From positions 60,001 to 92,000 of the forward strand of contig JAWBCC010000002.1 of assembly GCA_038823825.1 (NCBI GenBank): a stretch of DNA of 32,000 nucleotides. Direction: 5' to 3'. The translations under genes and the position numbers were made by a program. The DNA comes from Candidatus Hadarchaeales archaeon (lineage in GTDB: Archaea > Hadarchaeota > Hadarchaeia > Hadarchaeales > Hadarchaeaceae). How positions within the stretch are numbered: position 1 is the first letter of the stretch; each line of letters opens with the position of its first letter. Under the pieces are notes generated by a model. It worked only from the letters and a program-made list of their open reading frames with translations. It did not search any database and was not told the origin of the DNA. This document shows positions 19,396 to 27,943 of the stretch, one piece after another.

Positions 19396-21408
19396 TCATT
19401 TCACCCTGGCGATAAGCCCTTCTTTCGGAGCGTACAATGTCCCCCTCTTTTTTTCTTCCTCTATGACATACTCCACAAAGTCCTCGTCTATTCTTTTTTC
19501 AAGCGCGATACGTTTGACCTGTTCTACTGGTGCCGCGCCACCGTACTCCTTTTCGAGTTCCTCTATTATTTGAAGAACAGTCATCAACTTTTCTCTTTGA
19601 CTCCTTGGCATTCCAGTCATCACCGTGTCGATATCCACGACACCAGCTTCGACATCCAGACCAACCTGTTTCAGACAGTAGTCGACGAGCTGTATCGCCT
19701 TTCTCGCGTCCTCGACTGTCACTTTTTGGCTGAATCTCATTCTGGCATGCGCTTTTGCCAGTCTGATTATCGACTCCAGCTGCCTCGCCGTTATCGGGAG
19801 TGGATGTCCTTTCTGGCTGGCTATTCTTCTCTGTTTAGTGTAGAAGTCTTGGATGAGCTGCTGCGCTTCTTTATCCGTGAACGCCGGATGTACGTTCTTT
19901 TTGGCGTATATCACCATTTTTCTGAGAAGATCAGGCGGAATTGGCGCCTTCAGCGATCTTGGTTTAGAATGAATTGAAATGATGTGCTTGGTAAGTCTGG
20001 CGTCGTCTACCTCTTTTGGGTCATCCCGAAGGATGAATATTAGATCAAACCTTGAGAGAAGAACTGGGTCCAGCGGGATCTGACTTGCAAAGTTCATGTT
20101 CGGATCGAATCTCCCGCCTTTTGGGTTTGTTGCAGCGAGAACGGCGGCTCTTGTGTTCAACCTAGCGACTATGCCTGCCTTAGCTATGCTTATCGTCTGT
20201 TGCTCCATGCTCTCTAGAATCGCCGCGGAATCCTCTTTATCCATCTTTTCGAATTCGTCAATTGCCGCAAGCCCCCCATCGGCAATCACAAGGGCGCCAG
20301 CTTCGAGCGTCCACCCGCTTCCTATTTCATCCCTCACAGCGGTTGCTGTAAGACCCGCTCCAGTCGATTTCATCCCAGATGTATAGACCCCCCGAGGAGC
20401 AACGCTCGCAACCCAATTGAGGAGCTGGCTTTTAGCCGTTCCTGGGTCTCCACTGAGCAATATGTGAATATCTCCACGCACCCTTGACCCATCTGGCAAC
20501 TCTACCGGATCACTTCCGAAGAGCTGAAGAGCAACCGCCTCCTTTATGATCTCGTGACCACTGATCGCCGGAGCTATCGATTTGATGATCTTATCTGTTA
20601 GCTCTGGATCTTTTATCAATTCTTTTATTTTTTCCTCGTCTTCGGGGGTTAACTCAGCTTCCTCTGCGCCCTTCTTTGGAACCTCAATGTGGTTGACTAT
20701 GAAAACCATCTTCAAAATCTTTTCCTTCTTTCCGAATTTTTGAAAAGGCTGAACGTATCCGGTAGCGATCACGTAATCTCCGGGAACGGCACGATCAACA
20801 AAATCATCCCTGACTATTCCATCGAGATGTCTAGGCATCCGCCCGCCTTTCAGCTTTGAGGGAAGATCCTGAAAGCCCAGACTCTGCCAGTCGCAGAACT
20901 CTGTGTTCTCAAGAACCAGTTCAAACGCGTTAGCCCCCCTTGCTTTGCAGTTTGGATTTTCACAAACTAGGGGTTCTATCAGATAATCCCCGATCTGCTC
21001 CCTGCGGTACTCCTCACCACACCTCTTGCATCTGAAGGTGGCAATCTTTATTTCCGGCCTTATCTCGCTTGCCCTGAGAAGAATTCCCTCAATCTGGATG
21101 AACTTCCCCATGTCTTTCGCTCTGATGTCCTTTATGTCCACGGACTTGTCAAGCGACTTTACCCTGAGCTTCATGCCTGGGATTTTCGTGATGCCTTCCA
21201 AGAGAGAGTCCGACAAACGGAAGAATTCTTTCGGATTCTCTAGCAAAAACTTCGCGAGTTTCTCATCGGATTCGACTATCTCATCGTAGGTAACCACTAC
21301 GGATTTCTGACCAGATGCGACGGCTTTTCTTATTTTCTTTTCAAAACTCGAGCTGTACAAGAAATTTTCGAGTATCTCACGTAGATCGCTGTTAGTCAAC
21401 GCCATCAC
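19396..21408 (-). CDS. mcm: Replicative DNA helicase MCM, no intein apparent
   Basis: 670 aa; CKRCG..CENPNCKARG zinc site, LLSGDPGTAKSQLL Walker A, GLAAIDEFEKM Walker B, AATNPKGGRF, SRFDLIF arginine finger region. Confidence 0.97.
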   Translation of the reverse strand: MMALTNSDLREILENFLYSSSFEKKIRKAVASGQKSVVVTYDEIVESDEKLAKFLLENPKEFFRLSDSLLEGITKIPGMKLRVKSLDKSVDIKDIRAKDMGKFIQIEGILLRASEIRPEIKIATFRCKRCGEEYRREQIGDYLIEPLVCENPNCKARGANAFELVLENTEFCDWQSLGFQDLPSKLKGGRMPRHLDGIVRDDFVDRAVPGDYVIATGYVQPFQKFGKKEKILKMVFIVNHIEVPKKGAEEAELTPEDEEKIKELIKDPELTDKIIKSIAPAISGHEIIKEAVALQLFGSDPVELPDGSRVRGDIHILLSGDPGTAKSQLLNWVASVAPRGVYTSGMKSTGAGLTATAVRDEIGSGWTLEAGALVIADGGLAAIDEFEKMDKEDSAAILESMEQQTISIAKAGIVARLNTRAAVLAATNPKGGRFDPNMNFASQIPLDPVLLSRFDLIFILRDDPKEVDDARLTKHIISIHSKPRSLKAPIPPDLLRKMVIYAKKNVHPAFTDKEAQQLIQDFYTKQRRIASQKGHPLPITARQLESIIRLAKAHARMRFSQKVTVEDARKAIQLVDYCLKQVGLDVEAGVVDIDTVMTGMPRSQREKLMTVLQIIEELEKEYGGAAPVEQVKRIALEKRIDEDFVEYVIEEEKKRGTLYAPKEGLIARVK

Positions 21409-21459
21409 CTCTCGGGTCTGGAAAAATGATTGTGTAAGGGTATTTATTTCTTGTAGTTA

Positions 21460-21530
21460 AAATTTTGTATTCAGCTAAAATATTCTTGTATAAAAACGTT
21501 ATCCTATTTTCAAGTATGAATACAAAATTT
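21460..21530. repeat. 14-bp perfect inverted repeat in the AT-rich mcm upstream gap
   Basis: Left arm 21460-21473 AAATTTTGTATTCA, right arm 21517-21530 TGAATACAAAATTT, separated by 43 nt of AT-rich sequence. Confidence 0.8.
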
Positions 21531-21725
21531 AAACCAGTTGAATAGCCAAGGTGTTTAGAGAATGATCGCGAGACTCTTACCGCCATACTCTCCCCGATTA
21601 AAACTATTTCAAGAAGAATAGAGGTGTTTTCAGGGAGAGGGGTGCTGGAATGTATTCTTTTATAAGAAACGATTTTTAATTTTCAGAAAAATTTGAAAGA
21701 GTCGAGAACTTTTCTCCTCCTTTCT

Positions 21726-21762
21726 TCCAGTGGAATCAGTGGAAATCAGTGGAAAGAATGGG
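21726..21762 (+). repeat. Tandem CAGTGGAA(A) repeats, origin-recognition-box-like
   Basis: Sequence TCCAGTGGAATCAGTGGAAATCAGTGGAAAGAATGGG holds three head-to-tail copies of CAGTGGAA; the last is followed by a G-run. Confidence 0.6.
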
Positions 21763-23061
21763 TTAAGCGAATCTTATGAACTCGTATGCCTCGACAGCAG
21801 ATTCAAATCCATAGTGAACTTTCTGATAGTCTTTTCTGAAATCCGCAACCTCGATGGCGATTTTTTCTTCCGGCTCGCCGTCGATGACAACTCTCCTTAT
21901 AAATCTCGCGATTTCTCTCATCTCCGATTCCTTCATGCCGAGCCTAGTGACTTCTGCGGTACCCATCCGTATACCTCCGGGATTCTTATAATGTCGACCG
22001 TGCCTCGGATCCCAAGGTAAAAGATTCCGGTTGAGGATTATGTTCGCTCTCTCGAGTTTGGCCTCTATCGTTCCCCCGTCTCCGATGTCCGAAACATCCA
22101 CAAGCACTGTATGGGATTTTGTGAAACCCAGTTCTGGGCATAACACCTTAAACCCTTCTCCATAAAGCGCCTTGGCCAAAGTTTGAGCGTTTCGGATTAT
22201 CTGAGTAGCATAATCTTTTCCAAATTCCATCATCTCGGCAAGTGCAACGACGAGCGCCGCTACTGCGTGAAGGTGGTGATTGCTGACCACCCCGGGGAAA
22301 ACCGCCCTGTTTATAGCATTTGCCAGCTCGGCCGTGCAGAGGATCATCCCATGCTGCGGTCCAGGAAGGGTCTTGTGAGTGCTACAGGTCATTACCTCTG
22401 CTCCCTCCCGCAGAGGATCTTGGAACTGGCCGCCTGCGATCAAGCCGGCCACATGCGCGGCGTCATACATCACTCTTGCTCCAACGTCCTTGGCAACCCT
22501 CGACAATCGTCTTACAGGGTGTGGGAAAAGAAACACACTTCCTCCAAAGACGACAAGCTTGGGCTTGGCTTCCTTTATCTTCTCCTCCGCAGCATCCTCA
22601 TCTATGTTCATTCGTTTTTCGTCGAACGGAAGATATTCGATCTCCAAACCGTGAACACTTCCTGCAGTCCCTCCAAACTGTTTTTTCCCCATACTTATGT
22701 GGCCGCCATCCGCTATCGACAAACACATCATCTTGTCTCCGGGCTCCGTTAGCGCGGTGTATGCCGCAAGATTCGCGGTGACTCCAGATATTGGCTGAAC
22801 ATTTGCATGTTCCGCCCTAAAGAGTTCTTTCGCCAGTTCTATCGCAATGAGCTCAACTTTATCTATGAACACACAGCCCGCGTAGACCCTTTCCCCAGGC
22901 CACCCCTCCGCATACCTGTGCTGGAAGTCGCAAATGAGCATCTCTCGAACCGCCGGGCTCGTTATATTTTCGCTCGCAACAAGTGGGATGCTCCTCTTTA
23001 ACCATTCGTGATGCTTTTGCACAAATTCCAATGTTTTCCTGTACGCCTCTCTTCCGTTCAT
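21763..23061 (-). CDS. glyA: Serine hydroxymethyltransferase, archaeal type
   Basis: 432 aa; VASENITSPAVREM, HRYAEGWPG, HVAGLIAGGQFQDPL, MTCSTHKTLPGPQHGMI, GGIRMGTAEVTRLGM. Confidence 0.95.
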   Translation of the reverse strand: MNGREAYRKTLEFVQKHHEWLKRSIPLVASENITSPAVREMLICDFQHRYAEGWPGERVYAGCVFIDKVELIAIELAKELFRAEHANVQPISGVTANLAAYTALTEPGDKMMCLSIADGGHISMGKKQFGGTAGSVHGLEIEYLPFDEKRMNIDEDAAEEKIKEAKPKLVVFGGSVFLFPHPVRRLSRVAKDVGARVMYDAAHVAGLIAGGQFQDPLREGAEVMTCSTHKTLPGPQHGMILCTAELANAINRAVFPGVVSNHHLHAVAALVVALAEMMEFGKDYATQIIRNAQTLAKALYGEGFKVLCPELGFTKSHTVLVDVSDIGDGGTIEAKLERANIILNRNLLPWDPRHGRHYKNPGGIRMGTAEVTRLGMKESEMREIARFIRRVVIDGEPEEKIAIEVADFRKDYQKVHYGFESAVEAYEFIRFA

Positions 23062-24272
23062 CCGATCAGCTCCTCTATCGCTTTTCTGCTCACCGGCGCC
23101 TCCATGGGTTTTGCGGATATTTCGATCGCCTCCTCAGGATCCTTCAAGACGTGACCTGTCGCAACACACACTATCATCTCATCTTTATTTATTTCCTCCG
23201 CCTCCAAAAGCTTCTTCAGACCAGCAACCGAAGCCGCACTAGCTGGCTCTATCCCTATTCCTTCCAGTCTAGCAACCATCTTCTGCGCCTCAACTATCTC
23301 TACATCCGAAACCGCTTCAGCCGTTCCACCCGATGCCCTTATCGCATGCAATGCCTTGGGACCATTAACTGGATTTCCGATTCTTATCGCCGTCGCTATC
23401 GTTTCTGGATTTTTAACGGGAACAAATTTCTTCAAATTTTTCTTAAAAGCGTCGACGATCGGCTTTGCCCCTTCCGCCTGTATGCCAGTCATCTTTGGGA
23501 TCTTTTTGATAAGTCCAGCCATCTTGAACTCCACGAACCCCTTATAAATCGCCCAAATGTTTGCACAGTTGCCCATCGGGACGATAACGCGATCTGGAAC
23601 CGACATCCTGAGCTGTTCAACTATTTCAAAGCCTATCGTTTTCTGCCCCTGCGGCCTAAACGGATTTATCGAATTGAGTAGGTAGATATCTTTCCTCTCA
23701 GCACATAGCTGTCTGAGAATGTCAAGCGCCTCATCAAAATTTCCTCTTACAGCCACTACTTGCGCTCCATGGACGAGCGTCTGCGTAAGCTTACCAAGTG
23801 CAACTTTTCCCTTTGGTAAGAGAACTAGACATTTGAGGCCTGCTCTAGCGGCATAAGCTGCGAGCGAAGCGGAGGTGTTCCCCGTAGAAGCGCACGCAAC
23901 CGTCTTCACTCCGAACTCAAGAGCCTTCGTGACACCTACAGTCATCCCTCGATCCTTGAAAGACCCGGTCGGATTCGCTCCCTCAAACTTCAAATAAAAT
24001 TCCTCGATGCCGAGCTCTCGGGCGAGCCTCACACATTTTATGAGAGGTGTCCCACCCTCGCCTATTGAAACTATCTTCGAGTCATCGATTATCGGTAGAA
24101 AAGCCCTATATCTCCACACCCTTAGGTCGCCGCTCATTGGATATTTTTTCAGATTTTTCCTCAGCTCTTCTTTTGTGAACTCCACTTCTAAGAGACCGCC
24201 GCATTTCGGGCATTCGTATATCCGCTCGTCTACGTCGAACTTTGCATGACACTCGAAACACTCCAATCTCAT
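23058..24272 (-). CDS. thrC: Threonine synthase
   Basis: 404 aa; N-terminal CFECHAKFD...CPKCGG, GEGGTPLI, FEGANPTGSFKDRGM (PLP lysine), ASTGNTSASLAAYAARAG, EPASAASVAGLKKL. Confidence 0.93.
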   Translation of the reverse strand: MRLECFECHAKFDVDERIYECPKCGGLLEVEFTKEELRKNLKKYPMSGDLRVWRYRAFLPIIDDSKIVSIGEGGTPLIKCVRLARELGIEEFYLKFEGANPTGSFKDRGMTVGVTKALEFGVKTVACASTGNTSASLAAYAARAGLKCLVLLPKGKVALGKLTQTLVHGAQVVAVRGNFDEALDILRQLCAERKDIYLLNSINPFRPQGQKTIGFEIVEQLRMSVPDRVIVPMGNCANIWAIYKGFVEFKMAGLIKKIPKMTGIQAEGAKPIVDAFKKNLKKFVPVKNPETIATAIRIGNPVNGPKALHAIRASGGTAEAVSDVEIVEAQKMVARLEGIGIEPASAASVAGLKKLLEAEEINKDEMIVCVATGHVLKDPEEAIEISAKPMEAPVSRKAIEELIG

Positions 24273-24318
24273 TCGCTTCCCCTTCTCCTTTCAACGTCCG
24301 GAGGATAAATAATGAACC

Positions 24319-25329
24319 TCATCCGAGTGAGCGATGAATTTCCAAGATATCTGCGAGTATCGAACTAACCGTCTCCATCGGTCCCGCCCCAAAGCCCGCA
24401 ATCGATATCTCGCGGGCGAGATCTAGCTTAAACGTGATCGCGTTAAGAGTTCCGCCTACTGAAAGTGGATGGCCGAGCGGAACGAGTTTCGGTGAAACCT
24501 CAAGTTCTCCTCTTCTTGCCACGCCCACCAGCTTTAACGCATATCCTGCCTCCTTCGCCAGCCTTATCGCTTCTGGCGTCACCTTACGGATTCCCGTAAT
24601 TTCAACATCGCTCAGTTTCAAATCACCACCAAGAACCGCATTGTGGAGAATCAACAGCTTGGCTGCAGTGTCTATCCCGTCGATGTCCAGGCTTGGATCC
24701 TTTTCCGCAATTCCTAGTTCTTGGGCTTCTCTAACCACCATTTCGAGCGGAACGTTCTCCTCCTCCATTCTCGTGAGTATGTAGTTTGTCGTTCCATTGA
24801 GTATTCCCCTGATCTCCAGAATCTCGTTTGAAGACATCAGACGTCTAGCCAAAGATATGACCGGAATTGCCCCACCAACCGATGCCGAATATCTAAACTC
24901 GACGCCTTTTTTTCTGGCTAGACTGTCGAGCTCTTTGAAGGCTACGACGAGCGGTCCTTTGTTTGACGTGACGACGTGTCTTCCGGCTTCCATCGCCTTC
25001 CTTATGTGACTCAGCCCGGGCTCTCCAGTTTTTATATTTGTGGGAGTCAACTCAACAACCAAGTCGGCATCAACTGACTCTATCACTTCTAAGGCACTTC
25101 TTCCCGCCTTTGCCCCTGGATACTTCTCGATTTTTTCTCTTCTTTTCGCAAGATTCACGAGCGTCTTCATATCCAATCCTCTTGCCTCGACGGCTGCCCC
25201 GCTGTCATCCACAGCTGCAATGATTTTCGGAGCAAATCCTTCATGCTCACGCAGGATTTCTGCTTTCTCAGCGAAAACCTGAACGAGCGCCCTGCCCAAA
25301 TTCCCAAAACCTATGAGTACTATCCTCAT
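24319..25329 (-). CDS. hom: Homoserine dehydrogenase
   Basis: 336 aa; VLIGFGNLGRALVQV, ELTPTNIKTGEPG, VVTSNKGPL, GGAIPVI, ILNGTTNYILTRME, GIDGIDTAAKL, GAGPMETVSSIL. Confidence 0.95.
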   Translation of the reverse strand: MRIVLIGFGNLGRALVQVFAEKAEILREHEGFAPKIIAAVDDSGAAVEARGLDMKTLVNLAKRREKIEKYPGAKAGRSALEVIESVDADLVVELTPTNIKTGEPGLSHIRKAMEAGRHVVTSNKGPLVVAFKELDSLARKKGVEFRYSASVGGAIPVISLARRLMSSNEILEIRGILNGTTNYILTRMEEENVPLEMVVREAQELGIAEKDPSLDIDGIDTAAKLLILHNAVLGGDLKLSDVEITGIRKVTPEAIRLAKEAGYALKLVGVARRGELEVSPKLVPLGHPLSVGGTLNAITFKLDLAREISIAGFGAGPMETVSSILADILEIHRSLG

Positions 25330-25832
25330 CCTGCGCCCTCCACCGATTTTATCAGAAGAAGATCTTTCTTTCTGCAGAAGTCTTCGAGCTCCACAAGAGC
25401 CCTCTGCAGGCTTTCGAGATCTTCTGCTGCAACCGTTATTCTGGCTGAAGATTCTTTACCAAACTCGCCCATCAGAAGGCTGAGGTCGGAGACGCTCAAT
25501 CCCGATATCCTGTTTAACCTATCTATCAGCAATCTTATGTCCGCGTGGACGACGTGCCCAATCAGAACGACCGTAGACCTAAGTGTGTATACTTTTTCTC
25601 CAACCTCTCTCACCATTATTTTCCTGGATTTGAGCTCTTCCAGGACCCTATTCAATCTGACCTTATCTCCTATCTCGAAAACGAGCATCACCGGGACCCT
25701 TCCGGTTGGTGTTTTCTTTGTTCTTTGGTGAATGATGCTCTGGATGTTTCCACCAAACTTCGCTATCGGCTCGAGTGCTCTCAAAAGCTGTCCTGGGACG
25801 TCCTCAAGCTCCAAGACCATTCTGACTATCAT
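25326..25832 (-). CDS. ACT-domain protein, putative amino-acid-responsive regulator
   Basis: 168 aa; LELEDVPGQLLRALEPIAKFGGNIQSIIHQR is a typical ACT start; overlaps hom by 4 nt. Confidence 0.85.
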   Translation of the reverse strand: MIVRMVLELEDVPGQLLRALEPIAKFGGNIQSIIHQRTKKTPTGRVPVMLVFEIGDKVRLNRVLEELKSRKIMVREVGEKVYTLRSTVVLIGHVVHADIRLLIDRLNRISGLSVSDLSLLMGEFGKESSARITVAAEDLESLQRALVELEDFCRKKDLLLIKSVEGAG

Positions 25833-25861
25833 CGCTCTCCGGCTAACCCTTGCAACGCTTT

Positions 25862-26008
25862 TTATTTAACTTTGCCTGAAATCTCGTCAAGAATATCCCT
25901 GCTCTTCAGAGCGCACCTTCCATTCTCGAAAAAATCGCATTCCTCGCAGCATTCTCCTTTTTGATCACATTCCTCAAACAAATAACAGTTCGGACAACAT
26001 CTTGGCAT
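25862..26008 (-). CDS. 48-aa cysteine-rich (zinc-ribbon-like) small protein
   Basis: Manual translation: MPRCCPNCYLFEECDQKGECCEECDFFENGRCALKSRDILDEISGKVK*. Eight Cys in 48 aa. Not in the supplied ORF track because of size. Confidence 0.65.
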   Translation of the reverse strand: MPRCCPNCYLFEECDQKGECCEECDFFENGRCALKSRDILDEISGKVK

Positions 26009-26046
26009 CCCAACCACCAAAATTCAATTTTCTTTTTTGTTATCCC

Positions 26047-26060
26047 CTTATTTAAATCTT
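26047..26060. promoter_or_regulatory. Candidate TATA element in the divergent gap between the Cys-rich ORF and the radical SAM gene
   Basis: AT-rich near-palindromic CTTATTTAAATC centred about 26053; 40-45 nt from both divergent start codons. Confidence 0.35.
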
Positions 26061-26097
26061 TGATTTAGAGTTTCATCGGAAGCAGAGTCGATTTGGT

Positions 26098-26976
26098 ATG
26101 GACGTTCTCAAGAAATTTGATCCGTGGGGAGACCCTCTCTGCACCTGCCCCCCAAAATATGGGCTAAACCCATATACCGGATGCGAACATCGGTGCGTTT
26201 ACTGCTACATCACATCATACATCCCTCATGCGTTCAAATGTCGACCGAAAAAAGATCTCATCAAAAGACTTGAGAAGGATCTCGCAGTGGCAGACAAAAG
26301 AATGTTTGTTAGCATGTCGAACAGTTCCGACCCATATCCTCCCCAAGAGAGAAGGTTATTCCTTACGCGAAAGTGCTTAGAGATCCTCCTTAAGCATGGA
26401 ATGAACGTTCAAATCATAACGAAGTCGGACCTCGTCGTTCGAGATTGTGACATCCTTTCAGAGGTACCTTCGGTTGTTAGCTTCACGATAACAACGCTTG
26501 ACGAGAGGGTTGCGAAAAAGCTCGAGCCTGGAGCGCCCTCGCCGAAGAGTAGACTAAAAGCCATGCAAAAGCTCTCCGCGGCCGGGATCCCCGTCACTTT
26601 GAGATTAGATCCCATCATCCCTGGTTTGAACGATGATGAAATCGAGAAAATCGTTTGGGCAGCCGTAGAAGCCGGAGCAAAACATGTAACCTCTTCGACG
26701 TTCAAGCCTAGACCAGACAGTTGGAGCAGATTCTCGCTGGCTTTTCCGGAAGAGGCAAAAAATCTCCACGCGTACTTCTTCGAACACGGCTGGAAACATC
26801 ACAACGCCCGTTATCTGCCGAGAAAGTTAAGGAAGAGCTTGATGGAAAGGGTGGAGAAAATTTGCGTTGAAGAAGGAGTGACATTCGCCAGCTGCAGAGA
26901 GGGATTTTCCTTCAAGGCTCCAACTTGTGACGGCTCACATCTTCTCAAAAGCTGGCGGCCTGTGCATGTTTGCTGA
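26098..26976 (+). CDS. Radical SAM protein, SPL/Rv2578c-like family
   Basis: 292 aa; YTGCEHRCVYCYITSYIP (CxxxCxxC cluster motif), SNSSDPYPPQE, TRKCLEILLKHGMNVQIITKSDLVVRD, FTITTLDE...EPGAPSPKSRLKAM. Confidence 0.88.
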   Translation: MDVLKKFDPWGDPLCTCPPKYGLNPYTGCEHRCVYCYITSYIPHAFKCRPKKDLIKRLEKDLAVADKRMFVSMSNSSDPYPPQERRLFLTRKCLEILLKHGMNVQIITKSDLVVRDCDILSEVPSVVSFTITTLDERVAKKLEPGAPSPKSRLKAMQKLSAAGIPVTLRLDPIIPGLNDDEIEKIVWAAVEAGAKHVTSSTFKPRPDSWSRFSLAFPEEAKNLHAYFFEHGWKHHNARYLPRKLRKSLMERVEKICVEEGVTFASCREGFSFKAPTCDGSHLLKSWRPVHVC

Positions 26977-27883
26977 CGAACAGCTTTTGGAGCACGTAGA
27001 AAGGAGCAGTTGGAATCCTCCATTCTGTCGCTTTTACGAAATCGGTTGTCGCATCGATTGGCAGGAATCTATTAACTTCATCTGGATTTAGGGGTAGGGA
27101 AACCAGCCCGGTGCTGGGGTTCAGGCTCATCGGCGCCAAAAGAAGGCCTCGCCTGATCCTCAGCTCGGAGAGGAGGCTTTCGCCCGATTCTCTGACGATT
27201 TTTACTTTTGATCCCTGCCAAACGATTTCTGCGTCCGGAAGGCGCTCGCGAAGATAGCCCACCACAGCCACCGTAAGCTTCTGGTGAAGCTCGTCGAGAG
27301 CGGACGGATTTCCCATCCAGATTTCCTGCGGAATTCCCTCAAGGGGAAGCACAAGATCAAAGCCGAGATTTCCATCGTATTTCAGCCAGAGGTCTACGCC
27401 AATTTCTTTGAAGCCCTCCAGAACATTTGTGGTTATCTCTTTGGCTTCAGATATACCTCCTTTGACGGCACGAACTGCCCAGACGAGATCTCTCCCGACA
27501 GGTTCCAGTCCGGGCGCGTCGTACCGCCAGTATGTGCCGTAGAAAGCAATCGCTCCCTGTTTTAGAAGAAAGTCCAGAGCTGTGCTGTCTATCTTCATGG
27601 GAATTCTCTGATCTCCCACAGTGATGTATCTCTGGATAGACTTCACTCTTCTGTTGTATACTGCTCCCTCTCGCACCAAGCCATCGGAAGGACTCATGTA
27701 GTTTGCGAGCGCCCTCCGAACGTCCGTCCGCAGGTAGTATCGCATGCGATTCCCGATTTTAAATTGTACGTCAGAAGCCCGGTTCTTTTTGGAGAGAGGG
27801 GTAGAGGAACATATTCCCACCATCCACACGAGTTTGAATCCGAACCGATTTTTATCTTCGGAACCAGACCCCTTCATTTCCAC
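26945..27883 (-). CDS. Archaeo-eukaryotic primase (AEP) superfamily-like protein, apparently with degenerate catalytic motifs
   Basis: 312 aa as listed; likelier start is M47 (MRYYLRTDVRRALANYM, about 27745). Segments GRDLVWAVRAV, KYDGNLGFDLVLPLE and LLLAPMSLNPSTGLVSLPL align by eye with PriS/LigD-Pol motifs. Confidence 0.6.
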   Translation of the reverse strand: MEMKGSGSEDKNRFGFKLVWMVGICSSTPLSKKNRASDVQFKIGNRMRYYLRTDVRRALANYMSPSDGLVREGAVYNRRVKSIQRYITVGDQRIPMKIDSTALDFLLKQGAIAFYGTYWRYDAPGLEPVGRDLVWAVRAVKGGISEAKEITTNVLEGFKEIGVDLWLKYDGNLGFDLVLPLEGIPQEIWMGNPSALDELHQKLTVAVVGYLRERLPDAEIVWQGSKVKIVRESGESLLSELRIRRGLLLAPMSLNPSTGLVSLPLNPDEVNRFLPIDATTDFVKATEWRIPTAPFYVLQKLFVSKHAQAASF

Positions 27884-27888
27884 TGGAG
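27867..27888 (-). repeat. Origin-recognition-box-like element, copy A
   Basis: Minus strand CTCCAGTGGAAATGAAGGGGTC, next to an AT-rich stretch (27889-27943). Confidence 0.6.
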
Positions 27889-27943
27889 ATTTATCCTATT
27901 TTTTGGCAAAGTATTTATGATAATAAAATATCATAACATTAGA

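Noticed and set aside
22983-23681. 232-aa plus-strand ORF, and also 22183..22752 (189 aa) and 12545..14611 plus-strand ORFs
   Set aside because: All lie antisense to well-supported genes (thrC, glyA, polC), have low-complexity or Ser/Arg/His-rich translations and no recognisable motif; explained by the codon bias of the opposite strand.
27764-27943. 60-aa N-terminal extension of the LAGLIDADG ORF as given in the ORF track
   Set aside because: The LAGLIDADG domain begins right after the ATG at 27944; the extension overlaps the AEP gene's 5' end on the other strand and does not resemble a domain.
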